A stretch of DNA of 64,000 nucleotides, from contig JAQGDQ010000111.1 in assembly GCA_030141605.1 (NCBI GenBank), positions 1 through 64,000 on the forward strand, in the 5' to 3' direction. The notes under the pieces were generated by a model that saw only the letters and a program-made list of their open reading frames with translations, was not told the DNA's origin and did no database searches. Below are positions 38,877 through 55,242 of this stretch, piece after piece. The stretch is from Tubiluchus corallicola (lineage: Eukaryota; Animalia; Priapulida). The position numbers and the translations under genes were made by a program. The stretch's first letter is position 1. Each line of letters starts with the position of its first letter.

Positions 38877-39519
38877 CCTCTTCCAGAAAATATTTTTACG
38901 TTATTATAATATTAATAATTTTGCCTCCCATATTTACATTTGCATTTAAAATGTTTTACACTATACCCGATTAAGTGATTGTTATTTAACGTTTGGATCA
39001 CTGGCGCCTAGACTAGAATTGCATGTTACCAGCAGAAGAAATGCAAGGATGGCATCGACACTTATTCTTCAATGCATAAGTATCTAATATGCAATTATGA
39101 CAGATATTGAGTAATCATAATTATGTTGCGTTTAGTTTTGTGAACCGGAAACTAGTCCACAAATATCAAACAATTCTGTGTATGTACGTAAACCACCACT
39201 GTTTAGATGTAGCCTATTCGCTCTTGATTTTTATTATTTAAATACATGTAAGGCAAATTACTAAAACATCTAAAACTGACGAAGCAATTCCAAAACAATC
39301 TATCATTTAATTTCATAATCAATACCGTCATATCATGTCGTCATCGTTAACTTCATTCACCGCATTTTTGAGGCAAGATGATGGCTGAGTGGTCACGACG
39401 GCTACTTTTCGACCGAAGTTTAGTAACGCGGGGGCTAGTCAATGAATGACACGTCAGCACGGTGTTTTATATTCGCTCTGGGTGTCTCGTGTGGGCGTGG
39501 GCTAAGATCATTCTATTTT

Positions 39520-39723
39520 TGTATTTTTGGATGTAGCTAAAACACCGTGGCTGATATGAGCTGGAGCGTCTGTTTACTCGTTGTACACTAACAACCGTAT
39601 AGTGTCGCCCTCTAGCTCATATATGAGCTAGAGGGCGACACTATACGGTTGTTAGTGTACAACGAGTAAACAGACGCTCCAGCTCATATCAGCCACGGTG
39701 TTTTAGCTACATCCAAAAATACA
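39520..39723. repeat. Perfect 204-bp palindrome with no spacer
   Basis: Centre CATA|TATG at 39621/39622. The 102-bp arms are exactly complementary out to 39520/39723. Confidence 0.96.
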
Positions 39724-39727
39724 TATC

Positions 39728-39761
<34 letters not shown>

Positions 39762-40025
39762 CATCCTCTGTATAGCTTTGAACTAGGACCTGTTAAGCTT
39801 TGAGATCAGTGATCGATATGTGACCCTGGCAAACCAGCGCAACTAGTCAGTGATGGGACCCACCCAGGCCTGGCATGTGAACAGTATACATGTGGGGCAT
39901 GATAAATATAGCCTATGGGTAAATGGCTCTGTGAGGTGGCCTTCTTTTTGCGATGGGCGTCTGTCTCTGGGTAGCCTGGCATAGAAATGCTGTACGCCGT
40001 GTACGTTATCTGTTTCTGTCTTTCG

Positions 40026-40109
<84 letters not shown>

Positions 40110-40307
40110 TTTCTCTCTCTCTGCTCTCTCTCTCTCTCTCCTTCTCTCCCTCTCTCTCTCTCTCCCTCTCTATCTCTCTCTCTCTCTGCTCTCTCTCTCT
40201 CTCTCTCTCCGCCCTCTCTCTCTGCTCTCTCTCTCTCTCTCCGCCTCTCTCTCCGCCTCCTCTCTCTCTGCTCTCTCCACTCCCCTCTCTCTCTGCTCTC
40301 TCTCTCT

Positions 40308-40346
<39 letters not shown>

Positions 40347-40365
40347 CCCTCTCTCTCTCTCTCTC
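40026..40365. repeat. Interrupted (CT)n microsatellite, 5' flank of the LINE
   Basis: Directly visible. Confidence 0.97.
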
Positions 40366-43620
<3,255 letters not shown>

Positions 43621-45169
43621 GCGAAAGTTGTGATGACGACTGTTAGAAACACTTTTTCCTTTTTATGCTACTATATAATACTAGTAATATTTGCTTCCTA
43701 TATTTACGATTACACTAATCACACTAGGTTGAACTCTAATATTCAGCACTTATAAATAAGTAACGACCTTCGGATGTTAGCCAGATTCATAACATTTCAC
43801 TGTTTATTTAGGTATTAGTTTGTTTGTTTGCGTGTGTGTCTGTATGTTTGTTTGTTTGTGTGATTGTTCGTTCGTTTCTTATTGTTTTTCAAGCTGCTTA
43901 CATTGTACGTTTTTACATGTATGCAAAATGAATAAACTTGTACATATGCATATGTTGGTGCAGCAAGTCACTAAAGTGCACCCTATAACTCAATTGGCTT
44001 TATAGCTATTTGTGATGTACCAACATAACTGGCCAAATTTTAACCAGCTTGTAGTACAGTTTGGGAATTATAGTCTCTCCCCGTTTATTAAGAATGTTCA
44101 AGTCAGGACCGTTGATGTAATGTAGTCTATTTTTTTCTTCAAATATCAAGTAAATTTAAATTTTAGAAACAAAGTGCTTTTTTCTCTCATATTGTGAATT
44201 TGCGGAAAAATCTATTGGTAGTTAATTGCAAGAGCGTTTAGCTAATAGCATCTCATAAAGTAGTGATAATTACTTTTCAGATGAGCGGAGGAAATGACAT
44301 TTGAGTCGAGAATTGTAACATAATTATAGAACTGTTCCGTGCAGCAGACTTTTCTGAAATTTAGTAGTAATTTAACTAAATTTTTAGTTGAACTGTAACG
44401 TGTTCTGATGGACATAGCTGCTTCAGCACACTTATGATTATAAATACGCTAAAAATTAATTTTGTATTAGACACTTTAGTTTTTGTAAATCTTTTCGATG
44501 TCCTGCACGTATGCTGTACGTGTAGTTTGGAGTTTGAATTTTCCCGACCCCATAGCAAATTCCTTAGATACTGTAGGCGGTACGTATCAGGTCAGTATTA
44601 GCTTAGGCTGGGTGGAGAAACTTTTCTTGTTCAGAGGTGAGAGCTGTACTGTGGTCGTCTCACGTAAAAGGAACGATTTACGATTTTAAGTTTTTGACTC
44701 AGTGGATAAATTTAATTAAACTTATGCCATCCAAATCCGTGGAACATTAAAATGTAATCAATCACTAAAGGATTTAACAGTCTACAAATCGGTTAATTTC
44801 GGCTCATTAGTCTTTGGAAGCCAGATGCAGTAAGTTAAATATGTAACACGTGACAGGGTGATAATGTGCTGACAAAAGCAAATTGTTTATGTCTGTTCTG
44901 AACTGGGCATTTCAAAATCAAGATCTTGTATTTAACAGGCCTTTCTTGGATTTTGTTGAGCTATAAAAAGAACACTTTTCATAATGAAAAGGCAGGGCTA
45001 AGTGGTTTGATTGTGAGATTTGTTAAAATTAACAGTTTTCCAATAAAATTTAGAAGACACTGTGATTTGAAGGTGTTGTGTCAAACGCTGACCAATGAAA
45101 TGTATGAAAAATTTTTGACTCTGTGATTTGATGGGAACATTGAATAGGGTGGCTACCTCACCCCTCAGC

Positions 45170-45300
45170 CATAATTGTGTCGCCCGGCTTGTACGTGCTG
45201 TACCCTCATACTCTGCCTCTCTCTCTCTCTCTCTGCTGTGCGTGAGTCAGCTTACGTGCTGCAGCTAGGGGCGGGGAGTGCTTGCAGTTTCGATCCATAA
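45170..45300 (+). promoter_or_regulatory. Probable NAB proximal promoter
   Basis: CpG-richer patch with TACGTGCTG twice (45192, 45253), TGAGTCA (45243) and a GC box GGGGCGGGG (~45267), about 1 kb upstream of the NAB coding exon. Confidence 0.5.
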
Positions 45301-46318
45301 TTATTAAACCTCGGTGCCTGCCACGGCTGCGTCTGGGTCTGTGCATACAACGTTGAATGACTGTAGAAGGAATGTTATACTAGTGCCGTGAGTCTCTGTA
45401 CATACCAGGCTAGCGGAAAAAGGATATAGGCGCGACCCTGTTTGCTGGGGTGGGCAGTACGCCATTACGTTAGTCGTTGTGGGCACGGAATAGTCGGTGA
45501 AGTATTTTAAGGTTATTATTATGATGCTAGCTTGAAGTGGATGATTGTTAATACGAGAAGAGTCGCACACGTCTCAAAAAAGGATAATATAATTTCATCG
45601 ATTAGTGAAGTTAATTAGTGAAGTTCTTAGTCGTATAACAAACGTAATAATACTAATAACTGTTCTGCGCAGTACTTATTCAGGACCGTGTAGTCTAATG
45701 TGCGCAAACGTTAGAATAACTAACAAGCTTCATTGGTGGTTAAAAAAGTGTTGATTACACCCTGAAAATTATTGTACCATAAAGTTTGCGTCTGTTGCCA
45801 AGGCAACTCGCAGTATGTGCTGTCGCGCGTGCTTTACAAGAAGATTAAAAAAATATTCTGACAGAGATTGCCGAGACTTTATTATTTAATTTGGAGAAAG
45901 TAACTCACGACTTGCGAACTAGAAAAGTTAATGTGTTTATCTTATTGGCAAGCTTACTAATTCACTATTGTAAGCATATACTATTTCTTCGAATGGTGTT
46001 TTTTGTAACAGCAAATCAGCCTCTATGAGAATTTTAAACTATTAAACTTACAGACATGCTATATTAGACATTTTTCACATAAACACCATATGTTTAAATA
46101 CGCACGAAGTGTACCCACTGAGATGTCTGCATTGAGCCAATTCATTATTTGTACCATAAAATTTGCTGACTAAAGCAAAATAACCTTCACTGAAGGTGAA
46201 CATATTATGTGATACTGTTCCAATAGCAAGAGAGTCCTTGTGGACTCCATGTGATAATAATCTTTTAGATCAAACATAGCAAGTGTACCTCCAATAAGTG
46301 GACCTTACAATTCCCGAA

Positions 46319-47911
46319 ATGGCAACAGGGGTGCCAACGAATGCATCTGAACTGCAGCTGTATCGGGTCCTGCAGCGTTCCAACCTGTTATCTTACTACG
46401 ATACTTTCATACAACAAGGTGGCGATGACGTACAGCAACTGTGCGAGGCAGGCGAAGAAGAATTTTTGGAAATAATGGCCTTGGTAGGGATGAGCAACAA
46501 GCCACTGCATGTCAGACGCTTGCAGAAGACCCTTCAGGAATGGGTCAACAACCGAGCGCTGTTTCAGAGGGACATTGTTCCATCTGGTCCGAGCATTACG
46601 GATCCGATACCAAAAGGAATTCTGATGACACTACCAAGCACAAGCATTTCACCAAGATCATCTACCCCTAGTCATGCAAAACCTAATACAGTTGTTGCTG
46701 TTCCCTCCAGTAGTCATGGTAGCCGTGCTGGTACACCAGGATTTGATGAGCCAGAGCCATACGACATGTCAGCCGGAGACTCTAGCAACTTTACTGCCAT
46801 GCAAACACTGCAGATGTATGCCATGGCAACTGGCAGTGAAGGTTCATCAGTATCATCAATGATAGATCAAAGCGGCGTCCTCTCTGATGATCAAATCGAA
46901 AGAATTGCCCAAGCTGCTGATGAGCTGTGCAAGACTTTACCATTATTTGAGCCAAAATTTCCCAGCAACAAGAAGAAAATATCACGCGAGCTTGAAATTG
47001 CTTTGAACATGAGTCGTGACGATCCTATGTACTTAGAAGAAGTTAGGAAATATGCTGCTATATATGGAAGGTTTGATGCTAAAAGAAGATCAGAAAAACC
47101 ACTGACAACACACGAGGTATCTGTAAATGAGGCTGCCACACATATATGTAAGAATATTCCTGCTTTGCTCACGCGTCGAGAAGACTTATTTCCACTTGCC
47201 CGACAGGTTGTCCGTGAAAGTGGCTACGCTTATACCAAAGGTCATTCCAGAGCGCCATCAAAGCCTGCAGAATTTGATGAAGGTGGGTCACATACGAAAA
47301 GACTTCGAACTGATTCCAGCATTCATGGCCGTGATTCAGAAAGCAATAAAGCGATTGAGGCAGAGTTACAGAGAAATAGAAGAGAGGAGAGGATGTCAGA
47401 GTTGAATGCTGAGTTGAAGAAGGTATCAGTGAAGCAGGAGGAAACCAAGGTGATGCTTCAGCAAGCAATTGAAACCCAAAACTTTTTACTAGTCCATGAA
47501 TTGCAAACAGAACTTGAACGGCTAACCACAAAGCAGTTGCTGTATATCACAGAACAAAGCGATCTAATCAAGAAACAGAAGCGCTCGGACAGGTACTTCC
47601 GTAATAAATGTGATGCCGACTGCAAGAGCACTGATGGAGAAGGCGAGGACTCCAGGATGTCGAGTGGAGTCATGTCGTCGCCAGAGGCATCTCAAGATGT
47701 GTCAGAGATTCGGTCAAAGGATATTAGTCAGGTTCCAATAAAAATGAATCCACAGAAGACAAAGCAGTTGATGCGGGAGACACTGTTTGACGAGGGCCTC
47801 CGTGTGGCCCAACAGCATGTCTTGGACAGTGCCGAGGGGCAAGATGAAAAGAGCGTCCAAGCTGCTTCAAATGGAATTGACTATAGTGGCATTAAAAATG
47901 AGCCGCCTTAA
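46319..47911 (+). CDS. NAB1: NGFI-A/EGR-binding corepressor NAB, single coding exon (530 aa from ATG 46319)
   Basis: NCD1 (ELQLYRVLQRSNLLSYYDTFIQQGGDDVQQLCEAGEEEFLEIMALVGM..KPLHVRRLQK), NCD2 (RKYAAIYGRFDAKR...HEVSVNEAA...RREDLFPLARQVVRESGY), a DEGLR block and terminal IKNEP. Acceptor at 46267-68. It is probably co-orthologous to NAB1 and NAB2. Confidence 0.96.
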   Translation: MATGVPTNASELQLYRVLQRSNLLSYYDTFIQQGGDDVQQLCEAGEEEFLEIMALVGMSNKPLHVRRLQKTLQEWVNNRALFQRDIVPSGPSITDPIPKGILMTLPSTSISPRSSTPSHAKPNTVVAVPSSSHGSRAGTPGFDEPEPYDMSAGDSSNFTAMQTLQMYAMATGSEGSSVSSMIDQSGVLSDDQIERIAQAADELCKTLPLFEPKFPSNKKKISRELEIALNMSRDDPMYLEEVRKYAAIYGRFDAKRRSEKPLTTHEVSVNEAATHICKNIPALLTRREDLFPLARQVVRESGYAYTKGHSRAPSKPAEFDEGGSHTKRLRTDSSIHGRDSESNKAIEAELQRNRREERMSELNAELKKVSVKQEETKVMLQQAIETQNFLLVHELQTELERLTTKQLLYITEQSDLIKKQKRSDRYFRNKCDADCKSTDGEGEDSRMSSGVMSSPEASQDVSEIRSKDISQVPIKMNPQKTKQLMRETLFDEGLRVAQQHVLDSAEGQDEKSVQAASNGIDYSGIKNEPP

Positions 47912-50900
47912 GTGACTATTAGACTGAGCCAGTTACCAAACAAAATGTTTATCTGATATTTTTGTTTTGATATTTGAGGGAAGCAGATTATATCTCTATT
48001 AGGTCAAAGCATTCATAAGTATAGACTAAAATGCACTGTAATGTTGCCTTATAAAGCTTTTTATAATACTAAACTGTTTTCTCGTATTAGATTCCTTTTA
48101 GTGTCGACATTTGTAGATTTTTCCAGTTTCAATGTGTGCAAAGATTGTGAAAAGGCCAGTTCATGTTGTTATTGCTGTTGTTTTCTTTATAACTTTATGC
48201 TTAATAGGTTGCAAACCTGTGTTAGTTATTGCATATGTACAAATTTGTGTTATATATGAGTGATGTCGCAGTGCATATATGCAGTTCGTTGTGTGCACTT
48301 GGTAGAGCTACTTTATTCAAGTAATAAAATTTAACTAGTTCAATTAAAAAGAAATGAAATTATTCAGTTCTTGTGACTATCTTTCTTGATTATAATGATT
48401 TGCTGTTACTGTTTATAATGATATAATAATAATAATAATATTTATTTGTAAGTTGAAAAAACTCCAACCTTTATTTTACAATGGGTTTTTGCTATTTGCT
48501 TCTAATTAAATGTTACTGCTTCTGTAACTCACATTTTAAGCATAATCTAAAATGAAAACGCTATTTTTATGTGCTGTGAATTTAGACTTCTCAGTCAGTG
48601 AAATGTTGTAAGTTTAGTTATAATAGGACCCAGATTGTGGCACTTGCTACATTTCCTTAATATATAAACAAATAATTGTGCTCTTGTGAATAAGAATATT
48701 GAATGAAATTCTTATGCCTTGTTATAATTATTCGTGCCATTCCAGTCATCTATAACGTTGCCATTTTGAATGCTCTTTTGTTGCATGTGCTCACTAAATT
48801 TAATTACGGAAAATAATTTGACCAGTTGCCTTGCGTGAAATGTGCTCACTGCAGATACTGTTAACTTTATTGAGAAGCAAGACGTGACAGTTGATGTCTA
48901 TGCCCATTAACTATGTAAGAATTTGGAACTGCTGTTAATAAGTAATATATACTGCTTCTTAGATTATTGTAAAGAAAAGGAATGACACGGAGATATCTAC
49001 AGAGTATGCATTTTGTGAAGTCATTTACCTTGTTCTCTTGATCTGTTTTGCTGTTGTACATAAGAGAAAGTAGATCAGCATCAACAGAAAGTTGCTCCGA
49101 AGCCAGTTGTTAATTTGTTATTGTTGAACATGTTAGTTTTGCCGTGTGCTCACTAGATGGTGCAATGACCGCTAACATCGTTTTGTTAGAGATGTTTTAT
49201 TTTGCTCAAGTATTGTTTCATGTAATATCTTGTAAATACTGGTCACTTGAATTACAGAGGTTTACAGATATTGTGTGATTTTGTTTAATGCGATGAGTTC
49301 ACGTTTGTCGTTGTTGTGGAAGACGTACGCCGTGTTGTGTTTAAACAAATGACAATAAAAGTGCTGTTATAAATTAATACCGTTTGTTTTGTTTACTTTA
49401 TGACATATTTTTAGACTCTGAATTTCCCAGAACGTGAAAAGCGTTTTTATATATTACGATTTTTTATGTAGATTGCAATGTATGAAACAGCCTGGCTGTT
49501 TTGTCATGGACGTTGCATTCTGACTCTTACTGTTTATTATGATTATTATATCCATAATATAAGTATGCAATCGGAGGCTATTGATATTGAAGTGATGGCA
49601 AATCTGACCATTTTTGTATTGAAACAAGTTGATAATTTTGCAACTTTCATATTAAACGACTGCTCCAAACTGATTCAAACGTCTTTGGGCACAGAGAATG
49701 TTATGTGAACAACTTGAGTGACATTACATACTGCAGTTACCTCACTAAAAATTACAGTTGCAGCAACGGTGTTGGGGGGTCACATCATCACTAATATATA
49801 CATCATTTATATTATATCGTAAGAATTTGAATTTCTTCTGCAGTTAAGCATTGATAATTATATTATGTGCAATGCAATGTGCTTCACTCTTTTCTCTCTC
49901 AACAGATGGCGCGAGCTCATTACTGGGCTCGGTACGCGGAATGTGATATTACACTTGCCTCTACCCCTGGAGTTATTGTTTTACATTTATTAGTACCTTA
50001 CTGCGTTGATCCTAGAAGATTTGGAGGCGAGCTCTAATTTGGTGCGACCAATCCCTATATTCCAGATTGTCAGGGCGGCCAATCAGAGTCTTAAGAATTT
50101 TACATCGACGAAAAAAATCTAGTTAAAAGGGCGTCCTTTTATTAATTCCTTCCAGTCATCTGATTTGACTTCATCAGGATCCACCCTTACGTGAATATAA
50201 AAAAGTAATTTTGAGTTAAATTTGCAGAGTATAATTTTGCATCAAGCCGCATCAGGTTTTCAGAAAAGATAAGATAGGGCATGTATTGACAGCGCAACAA
50301 AATCATGTTTCTTAAGACATCTGGTGGAAATTTTTTGCATAAAGGAGCGTTAACTCGTCACTAAAGGAAGACGGGATACTCTTGTAAATACTACCCCATT
50401 TTCAAGTCCGATAAAAAGTATACATTTTATAACAATTAATACTGCAAAAGTGTTTCTGATAATTAAATAATAGATTAAAAACTTGATTAACGGCGGGCGA
50501 GGCCCAACTATTGATGACATCACAACCTAACATAATTTTCAAGAGCAAAAATGTTCCGTGAGCGTGTTGCACGTGTTTGTGAAAGAGAAAATTGAAGTAC
50601 AGTGCTACAGTAAGATATTCAGTGTATTATACTGAAACTAGGCAAGTTTTAAGATAAAAATATAAATTTCAAATTTACCGCTGTGCTTACCCATGAGCTG
50701 TCGAACATTTGCAGTTCAGCACAAACTAACATATCTGAAATTAAAGGTACAGCACTGTTTTTTGTTCACTGTGTTTCTGAAATGTAGGCGCTGGTGCCCG
50801 TCTAACTAGCGAATGGCGAAATGCATGTAACATCGGAGAACTAGTGGCGCGAACATGAAATTGTGCTTGTGTGGTAATAATTCTTTCACGTAAGTCATTT

Positions 50901-52076
50901 TTGAAAAAAAAACTGTATGTTTCCTTTCAATATTTTAAAGAGTAGGTTACTTTGACCTACAGTTGAAGATTGGATCCAGTTTTGGTGCCAAAGTCGTTGT
51001 TAGAGACCACACAGTACCTCAAAAATTTTGTTTATTTCGTTATTCTGTTTTGCGCACGGGCTGTGGAAAATTTAGTTATCATTAACTCCCAGGAAAGAAG
51101 TCATTGTTACACGAATTGCTGTGATTCTTACGGGATTTGCCGATATTTCTTATTGCAATCTCTTATACAAAATTGCATTTGCCGTGAGCTTTTTAAATTA
51201 ATAATAAATTGAGTTTCAAATTATACGCCTTTTGGTAAGCTTGTCACGCAACAGAATCGTTTCACAATATTTTTATAAGTAGACAACATTAATTGCGAAG
51301 AAATTAAATTAAAATTTACTGTAACTTGATTACTATTGCTGCCACAACACTTAGGTTTAGGAAAGATGTAGGCGTCTCAAATAACATGAGCACAAAACGA
51401 CGTGTCACCTGTCGCATTGTAAACACTCTGTGCCTGTCTGTCATTATAGCCTTGCAAATCATAATGTTTATTATTGCTGTTTGGAATATGCCACCTCAGT
51501 CAGCGCAATAAATGACACCTTTAGGACTTCAAAGGGCAGAGTATTCATATCGTATTTAATAGATACATATCTGGTTATGATGAGTTTATCTACTTCACCT
51601 GATGCTATTTTTAACGACACAGGTTAATTGGTCAGAACTGAAGTGCAGGTGCTTCTTAATAATTTCGCATTCTTTGACCGTAAGAGCTGTTATTGATTGT
51701 AAAACAGCATAATATTATTAACATAATTATAGGTAGAGCATCAAAGAATATTGCATAGTGCAGTATAGTTCGGTTTTAATTAAATAAATTATTCATTTCG
51801 AATTCTTTATCATCACTTTTTGTTATTAAAAATGCACATTAACCCTGAAAATGCAACTTGGATACTAATAAATAACAAACAAAATGTAAATCCTATACAA
51901 TATACCGTTACATATTAACATCCTGTAATGCTATACTATTATATGTTTTTGTTCTCGTTTTCAAATGCGTCACAAGACGTAGAAGTTACTAAAATTCATC
52001 ATCATCATCATATGTTCATTACGTCTCTTGTAGACACTGTCAGGCAAAACTCTAAAATAAAAGAAATCTGCCCTCA

Positions 52077-52582
52077 AATAAGATATATGATTATTAGTAC
52101 CGATATATTTATATAACTAGATATAGATATGCTTATGTATTTATATTTATTGAAGCATTAAGCAAGTAACAAGAGACAAAGAAAAGCTAGATTTAAAAGC
52201 AACGTTGTACATTGAAGCAAAGAAACCACATGTATGTAGTACAATGGTTCAAGCACAAAAAAGCAGCGACACACATACATATCATAAACTTAATATTATT
52301 ACAGTTAATCTGTAATTGTCAATCTAGCATTATTAAGTTGCCTGACTGACTAACTGTAATAATATTAAGTTTATGGTATGTATGTATGCTGCTGGTTTTT
52401 TGTGCTTGAACTATTATACTACATACGTCCTGTTTCTTTGTTTCGGTGTAGAATATTTCTTTTAAATCTTGTTTTTCTTTGTTTCTTGTAATTTGCTGAC
52501 TGTTTCAATAAATATAAATATATATGCATATTTGTATATATATTATATAAATATATTGGTACCAATAGTCACATATCTTATT
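52077..52582. repeat. Long imperfect hairpin, ~234-bp arms, ~37-nt loop
   Basis: 52077-52310 aligns almost gap-free with the reverse complement of 52348-52582. Confidence 0.92.
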
Positions 52583-53175
52583 AAATAATAATTTCACGAA
52601 CATAAACATATATATCTGTATTTGTGTGTATGTTAGCTGCCGTACATTATAAATTAGGTTTTGGGTACTGCGTGAGTCGTCTGAATTTGTTAGTCGCTTA
52701 GCGGTCTCTGTGACGAGATCAAGTATCCGTCGTCATCATTTTATAAAAATTGTGAGAATGAAAACTAGCTGATAATACCTGTGCACTTTTAATAACTTGT
52801 CAATATTGTCATGAAGTACACCTGAATCTGAAAAAATTGTCATCATTGCTCAACGAATTGCGGTTTCCATAGTAACCACGTGCAGCGTCTTAACGGTTTC
52901 GTACTGACAGGTCATACTGAATGGTGGATAATACGATTTAAAAAGCGAGGACGTGAAGTATCTGCAGACTTTTTTAATGCGCTTAACAATACTTATAGTA
53001 GTATAGTATGGCTACTGGATTTGGTCAAATTTATCTCAAGACCCTCGGATTACAGATTCAGTCTTTACAAAAGATTTTAAGAAGTACATATTATTACCAT
53101 GTTATCGCTCATATACATTATGTTTGATATCGGTTTACGAGCTTTAAGCTCATGTTTCTACAAATATGTACCGTG

Positions 53176-53206
<31 letters not shown>

Positions 53207-53455
53207 CGTGCGTGCGTGCGTGTGCCTGTGTGTGTGCGTGCGTGCGTGCCTTTATATTGGAAGTCGCTGCATTTAGGAATCCACAATTAGGTCTTATTTT
53301 CCAGATTAACTTAATGTATCAGTTAATTTCAAACTCACTATTTGTTAGGTTGTTTGTTTGTCCGTGTGTCTATCCACTGTGGTCTACGTCCCAAAAACAA
53401 GAGGGTGTAAAACTTGGTAAGATTGTCCAGTCCATCTGCTGAATAAGCGATCATA

Positions 53456-54965
53456 TTCCGTAAACACCATTCAACCATTGACGCCCTAATACACACAACA
53501 GAAAATTGGAGACATAGTTCAGACAAAAAGCAATACATTTTAGCAGCATTTTTAGATTTAAGTAAAGCTTTCGATAGCATTAATCACGAACTACTTTACG
53601 ATAATTTAAAACAAATCGGATTAGATTCGACATCGTTAAAACTGATACAAAATTATCTCAAAGACAGACAACAACGAGTAAAGTTAGATACAACCAACTT
53701 TTCTGACTGGGCCACGTTAAACAGAGGTATACCGCAAGGAACACTACTAGGTCCGTTATTATTTTGCCTATATATAAACAACATATCCAGTGTATTAAAA
53801 CACTCACAAATAACGCAATACGCTGATGACACTACAATCTACATAGCCCATGAAAATGTCCAAACTGCAAAAAATTATTTAGAAGAAGATATAAAAAATA
53901 TAAATATGGCATTTAGTCATTACAAGCTAAAAATGAATAATGACAAAACAGAATTCATGATACTGTCACCCTCATTAAATACTAATGATGCATCATCAAC
54001 CACTTTGACAATAGATAATGCTGTAATCAAACAAACTAACAATGTTAAATTCCTGGGCATACAGGTAGACAATAATCTTTCATGGGATGAACACTTTAAT
54101 AACATATACACAAAAATGGCATCTAGCACATCATATCTCCGACAAGTTAAAGGGCAACTAACAAAGGAAACTAAAACACTAATATATAAAACTTTTGTTC
54201 TACCACACTTCTTATATGGATGTACGCTACTTCAAAAAACCAAAAGAGAAAATTACTTAAAATTAAATCTCCTTCAAAACTATGCGTTGAGATTGATAGC
54301 TGGGTACTCATACGAACATAAGGCAGGTAGACAAAAATTCAAAGCTTCAACAACTAACCTGAGAAAAACTTTAAAATTCCCAATCATTGAAGCACACAAA
54401 GAATATTTTACTCTGCTTTTTATATTTAAATACATTAACAACATCAGCAAACCATTCCAGAATAACAGATTTACCTTTTTTCCAAATCCTATCGTTTATT
54501 CCAGAACAAGCAATCTAAAACAAATTAGGACAAATACCCACTATGGAACGAACTCTGTAATCAAACAAGCAATTTTACTTTGGAATTCTCTACCATTACA
54601 GGTTAAACAAATCAAGTCCCTATCAGCATTTAAAACAAAATTAAAATCACTAATATTAACCAGATATGAAATGCCATCACACCAGTACGACAACATACAC
54701 ACTAATTCAGAATTCATATACCCACGGCCATATTAATTAAATCATAGTTTTATTTTTTATTTTTTATTTTTTTGTATATGGTTGTAAATATGTTTGATTT
54801 TATTCGTCATTACCGCACAGTAGTTTAGATTGCACTGACGCATTTGCCTTCAGCAGTGTAAGTTTTTATTAACTAACACTGATTGATCATCTCTGTAAAG
54901 TTTTTATCAGTGATTATCAATGTTTTTAATGGCAAATAAAGATTATTATATATATATATATATAT
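53456..54965 (+). mobile_element. 5'-truncated CR1/L2-group LINE (second family), RT frame intact
   Basis: The frame is open from 53456 (FRKHHST, LDLSKAFDSI, GIPQGTLLGPLLF, YADD, KFLGIQVD, LWNSLP..FKTKLK) to the stop at 54736. Then AATAAA and a (TA)n tail. Confidence 0.93.
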
Positions 54966-55242
54966 TGGCTGTAGTTTGTTCTGAAAGCTCTGTCTACCTC
55001 TTGCGAAGTCTAACGTCAACTCAGTTCTCAGTTGTAACAGTCAAGATTACAAGGGAAGATGATGTCTAGGTTATGATGAGTTTCTTCACGTTCCCTCTTG
55101 ATTACTGCCTAAAACTTGGAATGGTGCTGATATCATGCATGCAGTAGCTCTTTTGTAATTTGCTTAATTTGACCTTTTATCACTGGGAAAATTAAAGGTC
55201 AAAGGTCTATATACCTAAAGTTACAGATCCTGCACTCAAAAA

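Noticed and set aside
46298-46318. GTG start of the NAB ORF; likewise ORF-track starts at 24520 and 26129 for ADAT1 and 20304 for AUH
   Set aside because: These are ORF-finder extensions into UTR or intron; the splice sites and ATG positions define the real boundaries.
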